From: Gemmatimonadales bacterium | GTDB lineage: Bacteria; Gemmatimonadota; Gemmatimonadetes; Gemmatimonadales; GWC2-71-9 | Reading direction: 5' to 3' | Length of the DNA: 64,000 nucleotides | NCBI GenBank assembly: GCA_050183815.1 | Contig: JBFXAY010000008.1 | Span: forward strand, 4,451-68,450 | Notes under the pieces: model-generated | What the model saw: only the letters and a program-made list of their open reading frames with translations | What the model was told of the DNA's origin: nothing | The model's database searches: none | Made by a program: the position numbers and the translations under genes | Shown here: piece after piece, positions 7,673 through 17,890 of the stretch | Numbering within the stretch: position 1 is the first letter of the stretch | Layout: the number at the start of each line of letters is the position of its first letter

Positions 7673-9178
7673 TCAGCGCACCGCGGTTCGAAAGGCGGCC
7701 GTGAAGATCTGGGACCCGCGCTTGAACTGGATCCAGATCCGATATGCCCCGGGTTCCGGAAAGGCATAGGGAAAGGAGAGCCGTCCCTCGAACGACGGGT
7801 GCATCACATGAGCGGCTCCGGCGGAGTCCGCCAGCCGTTTCGCCACCATGCCGGGCAACGTGTCGGTCCGGAGCCGGGCACCGAGAGCCGCCTGCGCCAC
7901 CGTTGAGATGGTGCCGTTCGGATGAAGGTGGATGTACACCTGGCCGTCGTCCCGCTGCACGACGGCGTGGCCCGCCATCCCGAGATACGGTTCGAGGTGG
8001 GCGAGTTCGCCCCCGGGCTCGTGCACCGAGAAGTCGAGGCGGGCCGGTTCGCCGGCCCGGGGACTTTCGGGCCGGCCCTCCCACGTCACCACGGCACCGT
8101 CGGGAAGGGTGAAGGCGGTTTCGGCCGGCTCGACCGCGGCCACGACGTCGTCGATGTCCGTATAGCGATCGAGGTCTCCCGCCATCGGCGGCGGAACGTC
8201 CACGCCCGCCACCAGAGTCTGCGGAAACCCGTTCTCATGCACCACGTCCGCGTAGACGTCGTACCGGCCGCCCCGCAGGCCGGCGAGCGCCGCGACGAAC
8301 TGGAGCGAGTCGATCGAGGCCGGATGGAGATGGGCAAACCCGGTTCCGGGAGCCCCGCTGTCTCCCCGCTCGATCATGAAGAGGTGCATCAGCTTCCCGT
8401 GGTCCGGAAGGAGCGGGTTCCGAAACCCGCGGGAATTCACCCAGACCGAGTCGGCGATCGTGAACAGAAGGGTTCGGCCGACACCGACGGTGTCCACCGC
8501 GGCCGCCGCCCGAAACGGCCGGTAGAGCCCGGCGCGATACCGGTTCTCGACGGCATCCCACCAGCGGTTGGCCCCGAACAGCGCGAGCCCGAGCAGCGCC
8601 GCGCCGAATCCCGTGGAGACGACGCCGGCCCGGCGCCGGAACGGCAGGGCGTCCTCGCCGGGCGGCGTCACCCCGTCGGTGGCCGCCGCCCAGAAGACGG
8701 ACAGCGCGCCGGCGAACAGCAGGACACCCAGCAGCCCGAGCAACCCGCCGAGCCACGGCGACAGCGCCAACTGCCGCTCGGCCACCGCGGTGACCGGCAC
8801 GAGCACGCTGCCCGACCCGCGAGCCCCGCTCACCTCGATCGCGACACTGTAGCTGCCCTGGCGCATGAACCAGAGCGCGGCATGGTAGGTGTCGGGGCGG
8901 CCGGGCACCGGCGTGGCGACGTCCGGCGGCGGGGCGCCGTCGCGGCCCGTGTCGAACCGGATGGGCTGCGCGGTAACCCGTTCGGCGTTGCCGCCCACGA
9001 CGGTCACGTCGATCTGGCCCAGGCCCGGAATCACCCCGGGAAGGCGGATGACGACCTGGACCGGATACGGTCCCGCCTGCCCTTCGAACCAGGTGTCGGG
9101 ACTCCCGAGGTGGGCACTCGTTCCGAGCGCCAGGACCGCGAGGCCGAGGGACACGAGCCCGAGGCGTGCGACCCGCAT
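7673..9178 (-). CDS. Uncharacterised secreted / membrane protein with predicted mature N-terminal His and His-rich C-terminal domain
   Basis: ATG 9178 lies one nt after the upstream stop. Signal peptide ...LALGTSA then HLGSPD. Two central TM helices. Repeated H-x-H motifs (MHLFM, FAHLHP, YIHLHP, HVMHP). No family recognised by eye. Confidence 0.7.
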   Translation of the reverse strand: MRVARLGLVSLGLAVLALGTSAHLGSPDTWFEGQAGPYPVQVVIRLPGVIPGLGQIDVTVVGGNAERVTAQPIRFDTGRDGAPPPDVATPVPGRPDTYHAALWFMRQGSYSVAIEVSGARGSGSVLVPVTAVAERQLALSPWLGGLLGLLGVLLFAGALSVFWAAATDGVTPPGEDALPFRRRAGVVSTGFGAALLGLALFGANRWWDAVENRYRAGLYRPFRAAAAVDTVGVGRTLLFTIADSVWVNSRGFRNPLLPDHGKLMHLFMIERGDSGAPGTGFAHLHPASIDSLQFVAALAGLRGGRYDVYADVVHENGFPQTLVAGVDVPPPMAGDLDRYTDIDDVVAAVEPAETAFTLPDGAVVTWEGRPESPRAGEPARLDFSVHEPGGELAHLEPYLGMAGHAVVQRDDGQVYIHLHPNGTISTVAQAALGARLRTDTLPGMVAKRLADSAGAAHVMHPSFEGRLSFPYAFPEPGAYRIWIQFKRGSQIFTAAFRTAVR

Positions 9179-9179
9179 C

Positions 9180-10418
9180 CTAACGACGGACCCGGGTCAT
9201 CCAGTTGCCCCACCACAGTCCGATCCGGCTCGACACGATCCCGAACCCGAGTGCCGTCACGAGCCCCTGGGCCAGCACCAGCCGGTCGAGTTCCCCGGTC
9301 CAGCCCGCGCCGCGGACCCAGCGGGTTCCCGGCACCTGGGCGAACTGCTGGGTCCACACGCCCAGCGGCGAACTGTAGTCCCAGTATCCCTGGCCCAGCC
9401 AGTAGTTCGGCTGATCGAGGGTGAGAAGCCAGGCGGCGAAGGGCCACTGCACCGCGAACAGAACCGTCACCATCGCCGCACCGGCGGCCACGGCGAGCAG
9501 CCCGTCGGACCCGCGCCCGGCCCGGCTTACGAGCCAGTCGATCACGAGCGCCGGCGCCAGCAACAGCATCGGGAAGCCCGGCGGGACCAGCGTCGTGACC
9601 GGGTTGTAGATCGGACCGAGTTTCGGGGTCGCGGGCACCAGCGCGAGGACCCAGTTCATCACCACCAGGATCCCCATGTAGGTGATCGCCGCAGTGGTGG
9701 CGGCGAACCGAAGCCGGCCGGCACGGGCCACCGCCAGGAAGAACAACGGAAAGATCGCGGCCGTGATCTGGAAGAAGGCCGGGCGGTGCTGCAGGTTCGC
9801 CACGCCGGTCTCGGCGTACACCATGGTGGCGGCCATGAGCACGATCAGACCCATGGCGGCCGCGAACGCCACCGACCGCCCCCGCCGTTCGCTCCCGTCC
9901 GAGCGGTTCTGCTCGGCCAGCATCATCAGCATCGCCCCGAGCTGCACGGTGGCCATGCCGAGGAGCAGGAACACGTGCGGCGGGGTCAGGATCTCGACAT
10001 CGAGGCCGTAGGCGTTGTGCCACCAGTCGTCGAACGGTGCGGAGGTGATCATGGCGATGGTGCCCCAGATGCAGACCCAGCCGCCCAGGGGACCATAGAA
10101 CACCTTCCACCAGCGCACCGCGCCCTGACGGTCGGCGTCGGTACCGAGGAACGAGGTGTAGAGCACCCGCCAGCCGCAGCAGAGACCCGCGGCGGCCGCG
10201 GCGATCTGCTCGAGGAGGTGGGGCGGACTCCAGAAGGTGTCCCGCCCGATCGACCGGTGCCAGGCGATGTCCCAGTGCAAGCCGATGACGATGGCCGCCG
10301 AGGCGAACATGACGACGGGCACGGTGATTTCGAGCGCCAGCCAGCGGGCCAGACGCGCGGAACTGCCGCCGGCGAGTTCGGCGGTTTCGGATTCAGAGGC
10401 GAGCAGTGAGGTCGTCAC
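9180..10418 (-). CDS. Uncharacterised polytopic membrane protein (about 10 TM) with conserved-looking His motifs
   Basis: Track ORF 9180..10898 trimmed to GTG 10418. Motifs HWDIAWH, WSPPH, FDDWWH and TPPH sit at helix ends. The N-terminal 160 codons of the track ORF are non-coding-like. Confidence 0.65.
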   Translation of the reverse strand: MTTSLLASESETAELAGGSSARLARWLALEITVPVVMFASAAIVIGLHWDIAWHRSIGRDTFWSPPHLLEQIAAAAAGLCCGWRVLYTSFLGTDADRQGAVRWWKVFYGPLGGWVCIWGTIAMITSAPFDDWWHNAYGLDVEILTPPHVFLLLGMATVQLGAMLMMLAEQNRSDGSERRGRSVAFAAAMGLIVLMAATMVYAETGVANLQHRPAFFQITAAIFPLFFLAVARAGRLRFAATTAAITYMGILVVMNWVLALVPATPKLGPIYNPVTTLVPPGFPMLLLAPALVIDWLVSRAGRGSDGLLAVAAGAAMVTVLFAVQWPFAAWLLTLDQPNYWLGQGYWDYSSPLGVWTQQFAQVPGTRWVRGAGWTGELDRLVLAQGLVTALGFGIVSSRIGLWWGNWMTRVRR

Positions 10419-10508
10419 GATGACTTTCGGTCCCGCAAGGTTAGGGTCCGTACGGCGACCGGTCAACCATTCGGTTCCCCGGTCATGGTGCCGCACCGGC
10501 CCCGGCCT

Positions 10509-10514
10509 TAACGT
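10509..10514 (+). promoter_or_regulatory. -10-like hexamer TAACGT, 6 nt upstream of GTG 10521 (leaderless candidate)
   Basis: CTTAACGTTGCAGC-GTG with no SD. Confidence 0.3.
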
Positions 10515-10520
10515 TGCAGC

Positions 10521-10925
10521 GTGACCGCGTTTCCACTGGCCGACATCCGCCCCGCGTTCCACGCGGCCGCCATCGCGTTCGTGCCGGACCTGGCCGCCGC
10601 CGGTGCCGGGGTCTGGGCCACGCTCGAGGCGATCGTCGCCCAGGCCCTGGCCGACCGGCCCGCCACCGTGGTTCGCCAGCTGCGCCTCTTCGTCCGCGTC
10701 GTGGACCTGCTGAGCCGGCTCCGGTACGGACGGTCGCTCGTCCGGCTCGACGTTGCCCGCCGGGCGGCGCTGCTGGCGGCTCTGGAACGGGCCCCGGTCC
10801 TGCTCCTCCGCCGCGGCGTCTGGGGCCTCCGGACCCTCGTGCTGATGGGCTACTACACGCAACCGGCGATCGGCGCTTCCCTCGGCTACGCCGCCCACGT
10901 GAACGGCTGGGCCGACCGGCGATGA
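10521..10925 (+). CDS. Small subunit-like protein of GMC oxidoreductase complex (gluconate 2-dehydrogenase subunit 3-like), no Tat signal seen
   Basis: 134 aa. ATGA overlap with the downstream GMC gene. C-terminal LVLMGYYTQPAIGASLGY resembles that family. The assignment rests largely on context. Confidence 0.55.
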   Translation: MTAFPLADIRPAFHAAAIAFVPDLAAAGAGVWATLEAIVAQALADRPATVVRQLRLFVRVVDLLSRLRYGRSLVRLDVARRAALLAALERAPVLLLRRGVWGLRTLVLMGYYTQPAIGASLGYAAHVNGWADRR

Positions 10926-12439
10926 CGACCCGCCGCTACGACGTGGTGGTCGTCGGTTCGGGCGCGGGCGGCGGAACGGCGGCGGCGCGGCTCGCCCCGC
11001 TGGTCGCGGCGGGACGGTCGGTGCTGGTGCTGGAGCAGGGTCCCCGGTTCCGGGACGACGACTTCACCGGCCGGGAACTCGACATGGCCGGCGCGCTCTA
11101 CGCCGACAACGGCGGGTTCCTGACCGCCGACGGAACGATGACCCTGGCGTTCGCCCGCGGCTACGGCGGGTCGACGATCGTCTACACCGGAACCTCGCTC
11201 ACCGCACCGCGCCGGGTAATCGAGCGGTGGAACGTTCCCGGCCTCGACCACGCGGACCTGGTGGCCCGCTCCGGGCGGTATGCCGAGCAGAATGGGGTTC
11301 ACCTGCTCGCCCGCGACGAGATCAACGACAACAACCGGCTCTTCGCCGAAGGCGCTGCCAGGGCAGGGTTCCACGCCGAGCAGTTTCCGCTCAACCTCGC
11401 GGGCTGCCGGGGCTCCAGCCTCTGCAACCTGGGCTGCCCGAACGGAGCCAAGCAGGGGACCCATCGGGTGCAACTGCCCGCGGCCGAACGGGCCGGCGTC
11501 GAAGTCGTGACGCGGGCGGAGGTGCTGCGGCTCGGTGAGCAAACCCTCGAGGTCCGGGTCGGTGCCCGGCCGGCCGGCGGCAAGGGAGCGGAGTCCGAAT
11601 GGGCTCCAGGCGAGTACCGGATCGCCGCCGACCACGTGGTCCTCGCCGCCGGCACCCTCGGCACCCCGCCCCTGCTGCTGCGTTCGGGGCTCGCCGGACT
11701 GCCGGCCCGCCTCGGCGAGGGCTTCACGGCCCATCCGGCCCTGATCCTGGTCGCCGAACACGGTGCCCCGATCACGAACGACGTGGGTCACCCCAAGAGC
11801 TACTTCGTCGATCACGCCGAAGCCGGCGGGTACGTGCTGGAGACCTGCATGTACTTCCCGTTCGTGACCGCGAAGAACCTCACCGGGTTCGGCACCGAGC
11901 ACACGGCGATGATGCATGCCTTCCCGCGGCTCCAGATGATCCTGGTGCTCGCCTGCGACCGGGCCGTGGCCGGCAACCGGATCGCGGTGGACCGGGCCGG
12001 CCGGCCCGTGGTGCACTACCGGTTCACCGAGCCCGTCATCGAGTCGCTGGTGCGCGCCACCCGCACGTCCGCCCGGATCTTCTTTGCGGCCGGCGCCCGG
12101 CGGGTCCATGCGCCGATGGCGGAGCCCCGGATCATCGAGGCGAACGACGCGGCCCGAATCGACTCGCTGATCAGCCGGCGCCACTTCCGCACCGGGACGG
12201 TGTCCGTGGCCTCCGCCCACCTGATGGGTGGCGCCGGCATGGGGCACTCGGCCGCGGACTCGGTGACCGACGGGTGGGGCCGGGTCCACGGGCGGCCGTG
12301 GCTCCGGGTGGCGGACGCGAGCCTCTTTCCGGACGCCCTCGAGATCAATCCCTACCTCACGATCATGGGCCTGGCCGACCGGGTGGCGGACGGTCTCCTG
12401 GCCGATCTGGGATCCGGCTCCTTAGCTTCCCGACCGTGA
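10922..12439 (+). CDS. GMC-family FAD-dependent oxidoreductase
   Basis: Track ORF 10514..12439 trimmed to ATG 10922. Rossmann motif YDVVVVGSGAGGG. C-terminal GMC_oxred_C-like region with AHLMGGAGMG. Confidence 0.85.
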   Translation: MTTRRYDVVVVGSGAGGGTAAARLAPLVAAGRSVLVLEQGPRFRDDDFTGRELDMAGALYADNGGFLTADGTMTLAFARGYGGSTIVYTGTSLTAPRRVIERWNVPGLDHADLVARSGRYAEQNGVHLLARDEINDNNRLFAEGAARAGFHAEQFPLNLAGCRGSSLCNLGCPNGAKQGTHRVQLPAAERAGVEVVTRAEVLRLGEQTLEVRVGARPAGGKGAESEWAPGEYRIAADHVVLAAGTLGTPPLLLRSGLAGLPARLGEGFTAHPALILVAEHGAPITNDVGHPKSYFVDHAEAGGYVLETCMYFPFVTAKNLTGFGTEHTAMMHAFPRLQMILVLACDRAVAGNRIAVDRAGRPVVHYRFTEPVIESLVRATRTSARIFFAAGARRVHAPMAEPRIIEANDAARIDSLISRRHFRTGTVSVASAHLMGGAGMGHSAADSVTDGWGRVHGRPWLRVADASLFPDALEINPYLTIMGLADRVADGLLADLGSGSLASRP

Positions 12440-14169
12440 CGACCCGCACCGGTGCCGCGCTCGTGGTTCGCGCTCTCGAGGACGAGGGGATCCGCCTCGC
12501 GTTCGGCATTCCCGGCACCCATAACATCGAGCTCTACGACGCCCTTGCGGAGTCCGAAACCATCCGGACGGTGCTGATCACCGACGAGCAGAGCGGCGGG
12601 TTCATGGCGGACGCCGCCTGGCGGGTGAACGGGGAGCTGGCCTGTCTCAACATCGTGCCAGGCGCCGGTTTGACCCACGCGATGTCCGGAATCGCGGAGG
12701 CGTACCTGGACGGAATGGCGCTCCTGGTGCTCGGCTGCGGGATCCGGCGCGACGAATCGGCCCGGGCCTACCAGCTCCACGATGTGGACCAGCTTGCCAT
12801 GGTGGCGCCGGTCTGCAAAGGCACCTTCCGGCCGCTCACCGGCGAGGAGATCTACCCCGCCATCCGGCAAGCCGCCGCCCTGGCCCGCGCCGGGACCCCG
12901 GGTCCGGTGATGGTGGAGATTCCCGTGAATCTCTATCTCACCACCCATCACGCCGGCTCCCTCGAGACCGTCCCGGCCCCGGCGGCACCGCTGCCGGAGC
13001 CGGCCGACCTCGACCGGGCGGTGACCCTGCTCACGGCCGCCGGCGCCCGGCCCCTCCTCTACCTCGGCTGGGGCGCCGCGGGGGCCGGCGACGACCTGGT
13101 CCGGCTGGCCGAAACGTTAGGCGCCCCGGTGGCGACCACGATCACCGGCAAGGGCGTCTTCCCGGAGTCGCACCCGCTGTTCCTCTGGAACGGGTTCGGC
13201 GCCGCGGCACCGCCGTTCGTGCGCCGGGTGGCGGACGACCGGACCGTGACGCTGGCCATCGGCTGCCGGTTCAGCGAGGTCGGTACCGGGAGCTACAGCT
13301 GCCGGCCCCCGGGGGCGCTGATCCACAGCGACATCAACCCCGAGGTATTCGACCGGGTCGAGCCGGCCGCGGTGCGCCTGCCGGGCGATGCCCGGCTCGT
13401 GGTCCGCGCGCTGCTCGAATCGATGAGCGGCCGGGCCGACCGGCCGGACCCCGAGGCCACCGAGGCGATTGCCACCGGCCGGCAACGGCTGGCGGAAGGG
13501 CGGACGGGGCGGCCGAATCCGGACCGGGTCACCCCGCATCGTCTCTTCGCGGCGCTGGCGCACCGATTGGGGCCCGACACCGTCTACTCCACGGACAGCG
13601 GGAACGGGACCTTCCTGGCGATGGAGTCGTTGCTCCTCGACCGGCCCGGCCGGCTGATCGCGCCGGTGGACTACTCCTGCATGGGGTACTCGGTCCCGGC
13701 CGCGATCGGAGCCAAGCTGGCCCGGCCCGACCTGCCGGTCGTGGCCCTCCCGGGCGACGGCGCGTTCCTGATGACGGGCCTCGAACTCCTCACGGCGGCG
13801 AATCAGGGCGCGGCGGTGGCGGTGTTCGTGCTCCGCGACCGCGAGCTCGCGCAGATCGCCCAGTTCCAGCGGACGGCGATGGGCCGCACTCCGGCCAGCC
13901 GGCTGCCGGACTATGACGTGGCGAGTCTGGCCGAGGCGGTCGGTATCGAGTGGCTCCGGCTCGACCGGGACGACGACATCGAGCAGGCGGTTGAGTTCGC
14001 GGCCCAGGTCACAGGCGCCGGCAGGCCGGTGTTGATCGACACCGCGATCGACTACTCGGAGCCGACCTGGTTCACGAAGGGCGTGGTCCGGGCCAACCTG
14101 GGGCGGTTGCCCCTCAAGGACCGGCTCAGAATGATCGGCCGGGCGGTGACCCGACGGCTTACGTCTTGA
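12436..14169 (+). CDS. Thiamine-pyrophosphate-binding enzyme (acetolactate synthase large-subunit-like)
   Basis: GTG 12436 overlaps the GMC stop (GTGA). N-terminal TPP_enzyme_N pattern [23 protein letters not shown]-terminal [17 protein letters not shown]-binding motif. Confidence 0.85.
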   Translation: MTTRTGAALVVRALEDEGIRLAFGIPGTHNIELYDALAESETIRTVLITDEQSGGFMADAAWRVNGELACLNIVPGAGLTHAMSGIAEAYLDGMALLVLGCGIRRDESARAYQLHDVDQLAMVAPVCKGTFRPLTGEEIYPAIRQAAALARAGTPGPVMVEIPVNLYLTTHHAGSLETVPAPAAPLPEPADLDRAVTLLTAAGARPLLYLGWGAAGAGDDLVRLAETLGAPVATTITGKGVFPESHPLFLWNGFGAAAPPFVRRVADDRTVTLAIGCRFSEVGTGSYSCRPPGALIHSDINPEVFDRVEPAAVRLPGDARLVVRALLESMSGRADRPDPEATEAIATGRQRLAEGRTGRPNPDRVTPHRLFAALAHRLGPDTVYSTDSGNGTFLAMESLLLDRPGRLIAPVDYSCMGYSVPAAIGAKLARPDLPVVALPGDGAFLMTGLELLTAANQGAAVAVFVLRDRELAQIAQFQRTAMGRTPASRLPDYDVASLAEAVGIEWLRLDRDDDIEQAVEFAAQVTGAGRPVLIDTAIDYSEPTWFTKGVVRANLGRLPLKDRLRMIGRAVTRRLTS

Positions 14170-15418
14170 GGTTGCCGACGGCGGCGGTGAGGCGCTCGCC
14201 CGCCTGGGCGAGCTGAGCCGACGACGCCGTGATCTCCTCGGTGGCGGCATTCAGTTCCTGGGTGGCCGCCGCCATCTCCTCCGCGCCCGCCGCGTGCAGT
14301 TCGACGCCGGTGGCGAGTTCCCGGGTCCGCAGGGCGATCCCTTCCACCAGCGTCCGCACCTCGCCGGCCGCGCGCGACACGCCGCGGGTCCATTCGTCGA
14401 TCGCATCGGCCTCCTGGGTCACGCTCCGGAGACCGTCCACCGCCGCGGCCGAGGCATCCCGCGCCTGGATCCCGCCTCGGGCCAGCCGCTGCATCCGGTC
14501 CCGGGCCGCGGCGACGCGCTCCATGATGAGCCGCACGGTGTCGCTGGTGGCGGCGGCCGTCTGGGCCGCCTGCGAGGCGAGTTTGCGGACCTCATCGGCC
14601 ACCGTGGCGAAACCCTCGCCCTCCTCGCCGGCACGAGCCGCCTCGATCGAGGCGTTGAGAGCCACCACCCGCGTCTGCTTGGCGATGTCCCGCGATTGGT
14701 CGAGCAGCCGCTGGATTTCCGCGGCCGCGGCGCCAAGGGCGTCGGCCTCCTCTACGCCGCGGGCCACTTCGTTCGAGAACGACTCGAGCGCGGCCGCACT
14801 CTGGGCCAGCCGTTCCTGGTGATTCCGCGCCAGAGCTGCAAGTTCGGCGTTTCGCTCCGCCGCCCGGTTCGCGCCCCCCGCGACATCCTGGGCGATGGCA
14901 AGAATCCGGTTGGCGTCCTCGGCCACGTTGCGAACCAGCGCGGCCTGGCTGATGGCCCGATCGGTGAGTTCGGACGTCGTGGTGGCAACATCCTCGGTCG
15001 TGCCGGACACCTGGAGCGTCGCCTGGGAGATCTCGTCCGCCAGGCTGGCGGAATCGGTGGCGGCCCGCTGGATCGCATCCACCAGCCGGCGGAGTTCGAA
15101 AACCATCGACCGGACGGCGTCGGTGAGCGGTCCGCCGCCGATCATGTTGACCTGGGGTTCGGTGACCCGAAGGTCGCCCTTGGCGAGCCGGGCGACGATC
15201 TGCTCGGTGGCGGCGAGGGGGCGGATCACCATCCGGAGAAACCACCGGTCCACGATGCTGACGACCACCAGCGCCACCACCGCGAACCCCGCCACCACCA
15301 GCCACTTGGGCCACCGGGACTGGGCCTCGAGAATGGCCCAGACGATGGCGCTCAACACCACCACGATACCGAGACCGGCCAGCTGGAGCCGCCGGGTCAG
15401 AGGGTGGATGGAGGCCAT
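14159..15418 (-). CDS. Methyl-accepting chemotaxis protein (two TM, HAMP, MA domain; minimal periplasmic loop)
   Basis: ATG 15418. Signalling hairpin [37 protein letters not shown]. Confidence 0.85.
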   Translation of the reverse strand: MASIHPLTRRLQLAGLGIVVVLSAIVWAILEAQSRWPKWLVVAGFAVVALVVVSIVDRWFLRMVIRPLAATEQIVARLAKGDLRVTEPQVNMIGGGPLTDAVRSMVFELRRLVDAIQRAATDSASLADEISQATLQVSGTTEDVATTTSELTDRAISQAALVRNVAEDANRILAIAQDVAGGANRAAERNAELAALARNHQERLAQSAAALESFSNEVARGVEEADALGAAAAEIQRLLDQSRDIAKQTRVVALNASIEAARAGEEGEGFATVADEVRKLASQAAQTAAATSDTVRLIMERVAAARDRMQRLARGGIQARDASAAAVDGLRSVTQEADAIDEWTRGVSRAAGEVRTLVEGIALRTRELATGVELHAAGAEEMAAATQELNAATEEITASSAQLAQAGERLTAAVGNLKT

Positions 15419-15424
15419 GGCTGA

Positions 15425-15450
15425 AAGGTAAGGCGGGAGGCCCCTATATT
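15425..15450. promoter_or_regulatory. Back-to-back -10-like hexamers in the 40-bp MCP / leuS divergent spacer
   Basis: TATATT (15445..15450) lies 8 nt before leuS ATG 15459. TACCTT on the minus strand (15430..15425) lies 6 nt before MCP ATG 15418. Neither gene has an SD. Confidence 0.4.
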
Positions 15451-15458
15451 CTCCCCCC

Positions 15459-17888
15459 ATGACCTACGATCCCGCAGCCGTCGAATCGAAGTGGCAGACC
15501 CGCTGGGCGGAGCGGCGCACCAACGAGCCCGATCTCGACCGGGCCGAACGGCCCTTCTACAACCTGATGATGTTTCCCTACCCCTCCGCCGAGGGGCTGC
15601 ACGTGGGGAACTTCTACGCCTTCACCGGCGCCGACGTCTTCGGCCGGTTCATGCGGCTGCGGGGCCACACCGTCTTCGAGCCGATCGGGTTCGATGCCTT
15701 CGGGATCCAGAGCGAGAACTTTGCCCTCAAGGTCGGCACCCACCCCGGGACCCTGATTCCGAACAACATCCGGAATTTCACCCGGCAATTGCGCCAACTC
15801 GGCGCGATGTTCTCCTGGGAGCGGGTCCTCTCGACCACCGATCCCGATTACTACCGCTGGACCCAGTGGCTGTTCCTCAAACTCTACCATGCCGGGAAGG
15901 CCTACCGCGCGTTGGCCGCCGTCAACTGGTGCCCGAGCTGCAAGACCGTCCTCGCCAACGAGCAGGTCGAAGGCGGTCATTGCGAACGATGCGGCACTCT
16001 GGTTGAGCAACGGCGACTGGAGCAGTGGTTCTTCCGGATCACCGACTACGCCGAACGGTTGCTCGCCAATCTCGACGACCGGACGAAGATGGACTGGTCC
16101 GCCACCACGGTGGCGGCGCAGCGGAACTGGATCGGGCGCAGCACCGGAGCCGAGATCGATTTCCCGGCGGCCGGCAGCGCCATCCGGGTCTTCACCACCC
16201 GACCTGACACCGTCTTCGGCGCCACCTTCATGGTGCTGGCGCCGGAGCACCCCCTGGTGGCCGGCCTCACCACCTCGGACCGCGCAGCCGCGGTGCGCGA
16301 GTACCAGCGCGCCGCGGCGGCCAAGGACCTGGTCTCCCGCAAGGTGGGAGACAAGGAGAAGACCGGCGTCTTCACCGGAGGCTACGCCACCAACCCGGCC
16401 ACCGGGGAGTCGATCCCGGTCTGGATTGCCGACTACGTCCTGATGGACTACGGCACCGGGGCAATCATGGCGGTGCCCGGACACGACGAGCGCGACTTCG
16501 AATTTGCCCAGCGGTTCGGTCTCCCGATCGTCCGGGTCGTGGCCGGCAGCGGTGACACCGCCGCCACGCCTCTGACCGAGGCCGTCGTGGATCCCGACGG
16601 CGGCCGGCTGGTCAACTCGGGTGAGTTCAGCGAGCTCCCGGTGGCGGAAGGGTTCACCCGGATCGTCGGTTGGCTCGAGTCGAAGGGCGCCGGCCGGAGC
16701 GTGGTCCGGTTCCGGCTCCATGACTGGTGTATCTCGCGCCAGCGGTACTGGGGCCCGCCCATTCCGATCATCCATTGCGACGGCTGCGGCCCAGTGCCGG
16801 TCCCCGAAGCGGACCTCCCGGTGGTCCTCCCTCAGATCGAGGACTTCCGCCCCGACGACTCAGGCATCTCGCCGCTGGCCCGGCACGAGGAGTGGTATCA
16901 CGTGCCCTGTCCGGCCTGCGGCCAGCCCGCCCGCAGGGAAACCGACGTTTCGGACAACTTCCTCGACTCGGCCTGGTACTTCTACCGCTACCTCACCACC
17001 GAGTTCGGCGACCGGGCCTTCGACCCCGCCCGGCTCGCCCGGTGGATGCCGATCCCGATGTACATCGGCGGGAACGAGCATGCGGTCCTTCACCTGCTCT
17101 ATTCGCGGTTCATCGCAATGGTCCTGCACGATCAGGGCATCGTCGGGTTTGAGGAACCGTTCCGGCGGTTCCGGGCCCACGGCCTGATCATCAAGGACGG
17201 GGCCAAGATGTCGAAGACCAAGGGCAACGTCGTCAACCCCGACGAGTTGATTGCCCGATGGGGCGCGGACACGCTCCGGCTCTTCCTCATGTTCCTCGGC
17301 CCCTTCGAGGAAGGCGGCGACTTCCGGGATGCCGGCCTCGCCGGCCCCCGCCGGTTCCTGGAGCGGCTGTCGGACCTGGTGAGCCAGTGCGCCACCCGCA
17401 CCCTGACCGGCGACGAGATTCACCGGGACATTCTGATCAAGTGGCACGCCACCAAGAAGAAAGTCACCGGCGACCTCGAGACCCTCGGCTACAACACCGC
17501 GATCGCCGCGATGATGGAGCTGCTCAACGCGATGCGCGAGAGCAACTGCGCCGAACGGCAGATCGTCAAGGACATGGTGGTCATGGTGGCCCCGTTCGCG
17601 CCCCACTTCGCCGAGGAGTGCTGGGAACGGCTCGGGTACCCGACCTCGGTCTTCGAGGCGAAGTGGCCCGCCTGGGACGAGCGGCTCACCCAGGAAGAGT
17701 CGGTCGGCGTGGCGGTCCAGGTAAACGGCAAGACCCGGGGAACGGTACGGGTCGGGCGGGGCTCGCCGGAAGCGCTCGTCTTGCAGAGAGCGCAGGCGGA
17801 CGATACCGTCAAGCGGTTCCTCGACGGCAAATCCCTCAAGAAAGTGATCTACGTGCCGGACCGCCTCATCAACCTGGTCGTCGGCTGA
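15459..17888 (+). CDS. leuS: Leucine--tRNA ligase
   Basis: 809 aa. N-terminus [18 protein letters not shown]-type HVGN, KMSKS-type KMSKT, and the CP1 editing domain is present. Confidence 0.95.
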   Translation: MTYDPAAVESKWQTRWAERRTNEPDLDRAERPFYNLMMFPYPSAEGLHVGNFYAFTGADVFGRFMRLRGHTVFEPIGFDAFGIQSENFALKVGTHPGTLIPNNIRNFTRQLRQLGAMFSWERVLSTTDPDYYRWTQWLFLKLYHAGKAYRALAAVNWCPSCKTVLANEQVEGGHCERCGTLVEQRRLEQWFFRITDYAERLLANLDDRTKMDWSATTVAAQRNWIGRSTGAEIDFPAAGSAIRVFTTRPDTVFGATFMVLAPEHPLVAGLTTSDRAAAVREYQRAAAAKDLVSRKVGDKEKTGVFTGGYATNPATGESIPVWIADYVLMDYGTGAIMAVPGHDERDFEFAQRFGLPIVRVVAGSGDTAATPLTEAVVDPDGGRLVNSGEFSELPVAEGFTRIVGWLESKGAGRSVVRFRLHDWCISRQRYWGPPIPIIHCDGCGPVPVPEADLPVVLPQIEDFRPDDSGISPLARHEEWYHVPCPACGQPARRETDVSDNFLDSAWYFYRYLTTEFGDRAFDPARLARWMPIPMYIGGNEHAVLHLLYSRFIAMVLHDQGIVGFEEPFRRFRAHGLIIKDGAKMSKTKGNVVNPDELIARWGADTLRLFLMFLGPFEEGGDFRDAGLAGPRRFLERLSDLVSQCATRTLTGDEIHRDILIKWHATKKKVTGDLETLGYNTAIAAMMELLNAMRESNCAERQIVKDMVVMVAPFAPHFAEECWERLGYPTSVFEAKWPAWDERLTQEESVGVAVQVNGKTRGTVRVGRGSPEALVLQRAQADDTVKRFLDGKSLKKVIYVPDRLINLVVG

Positions 17889-17890
17889 GC

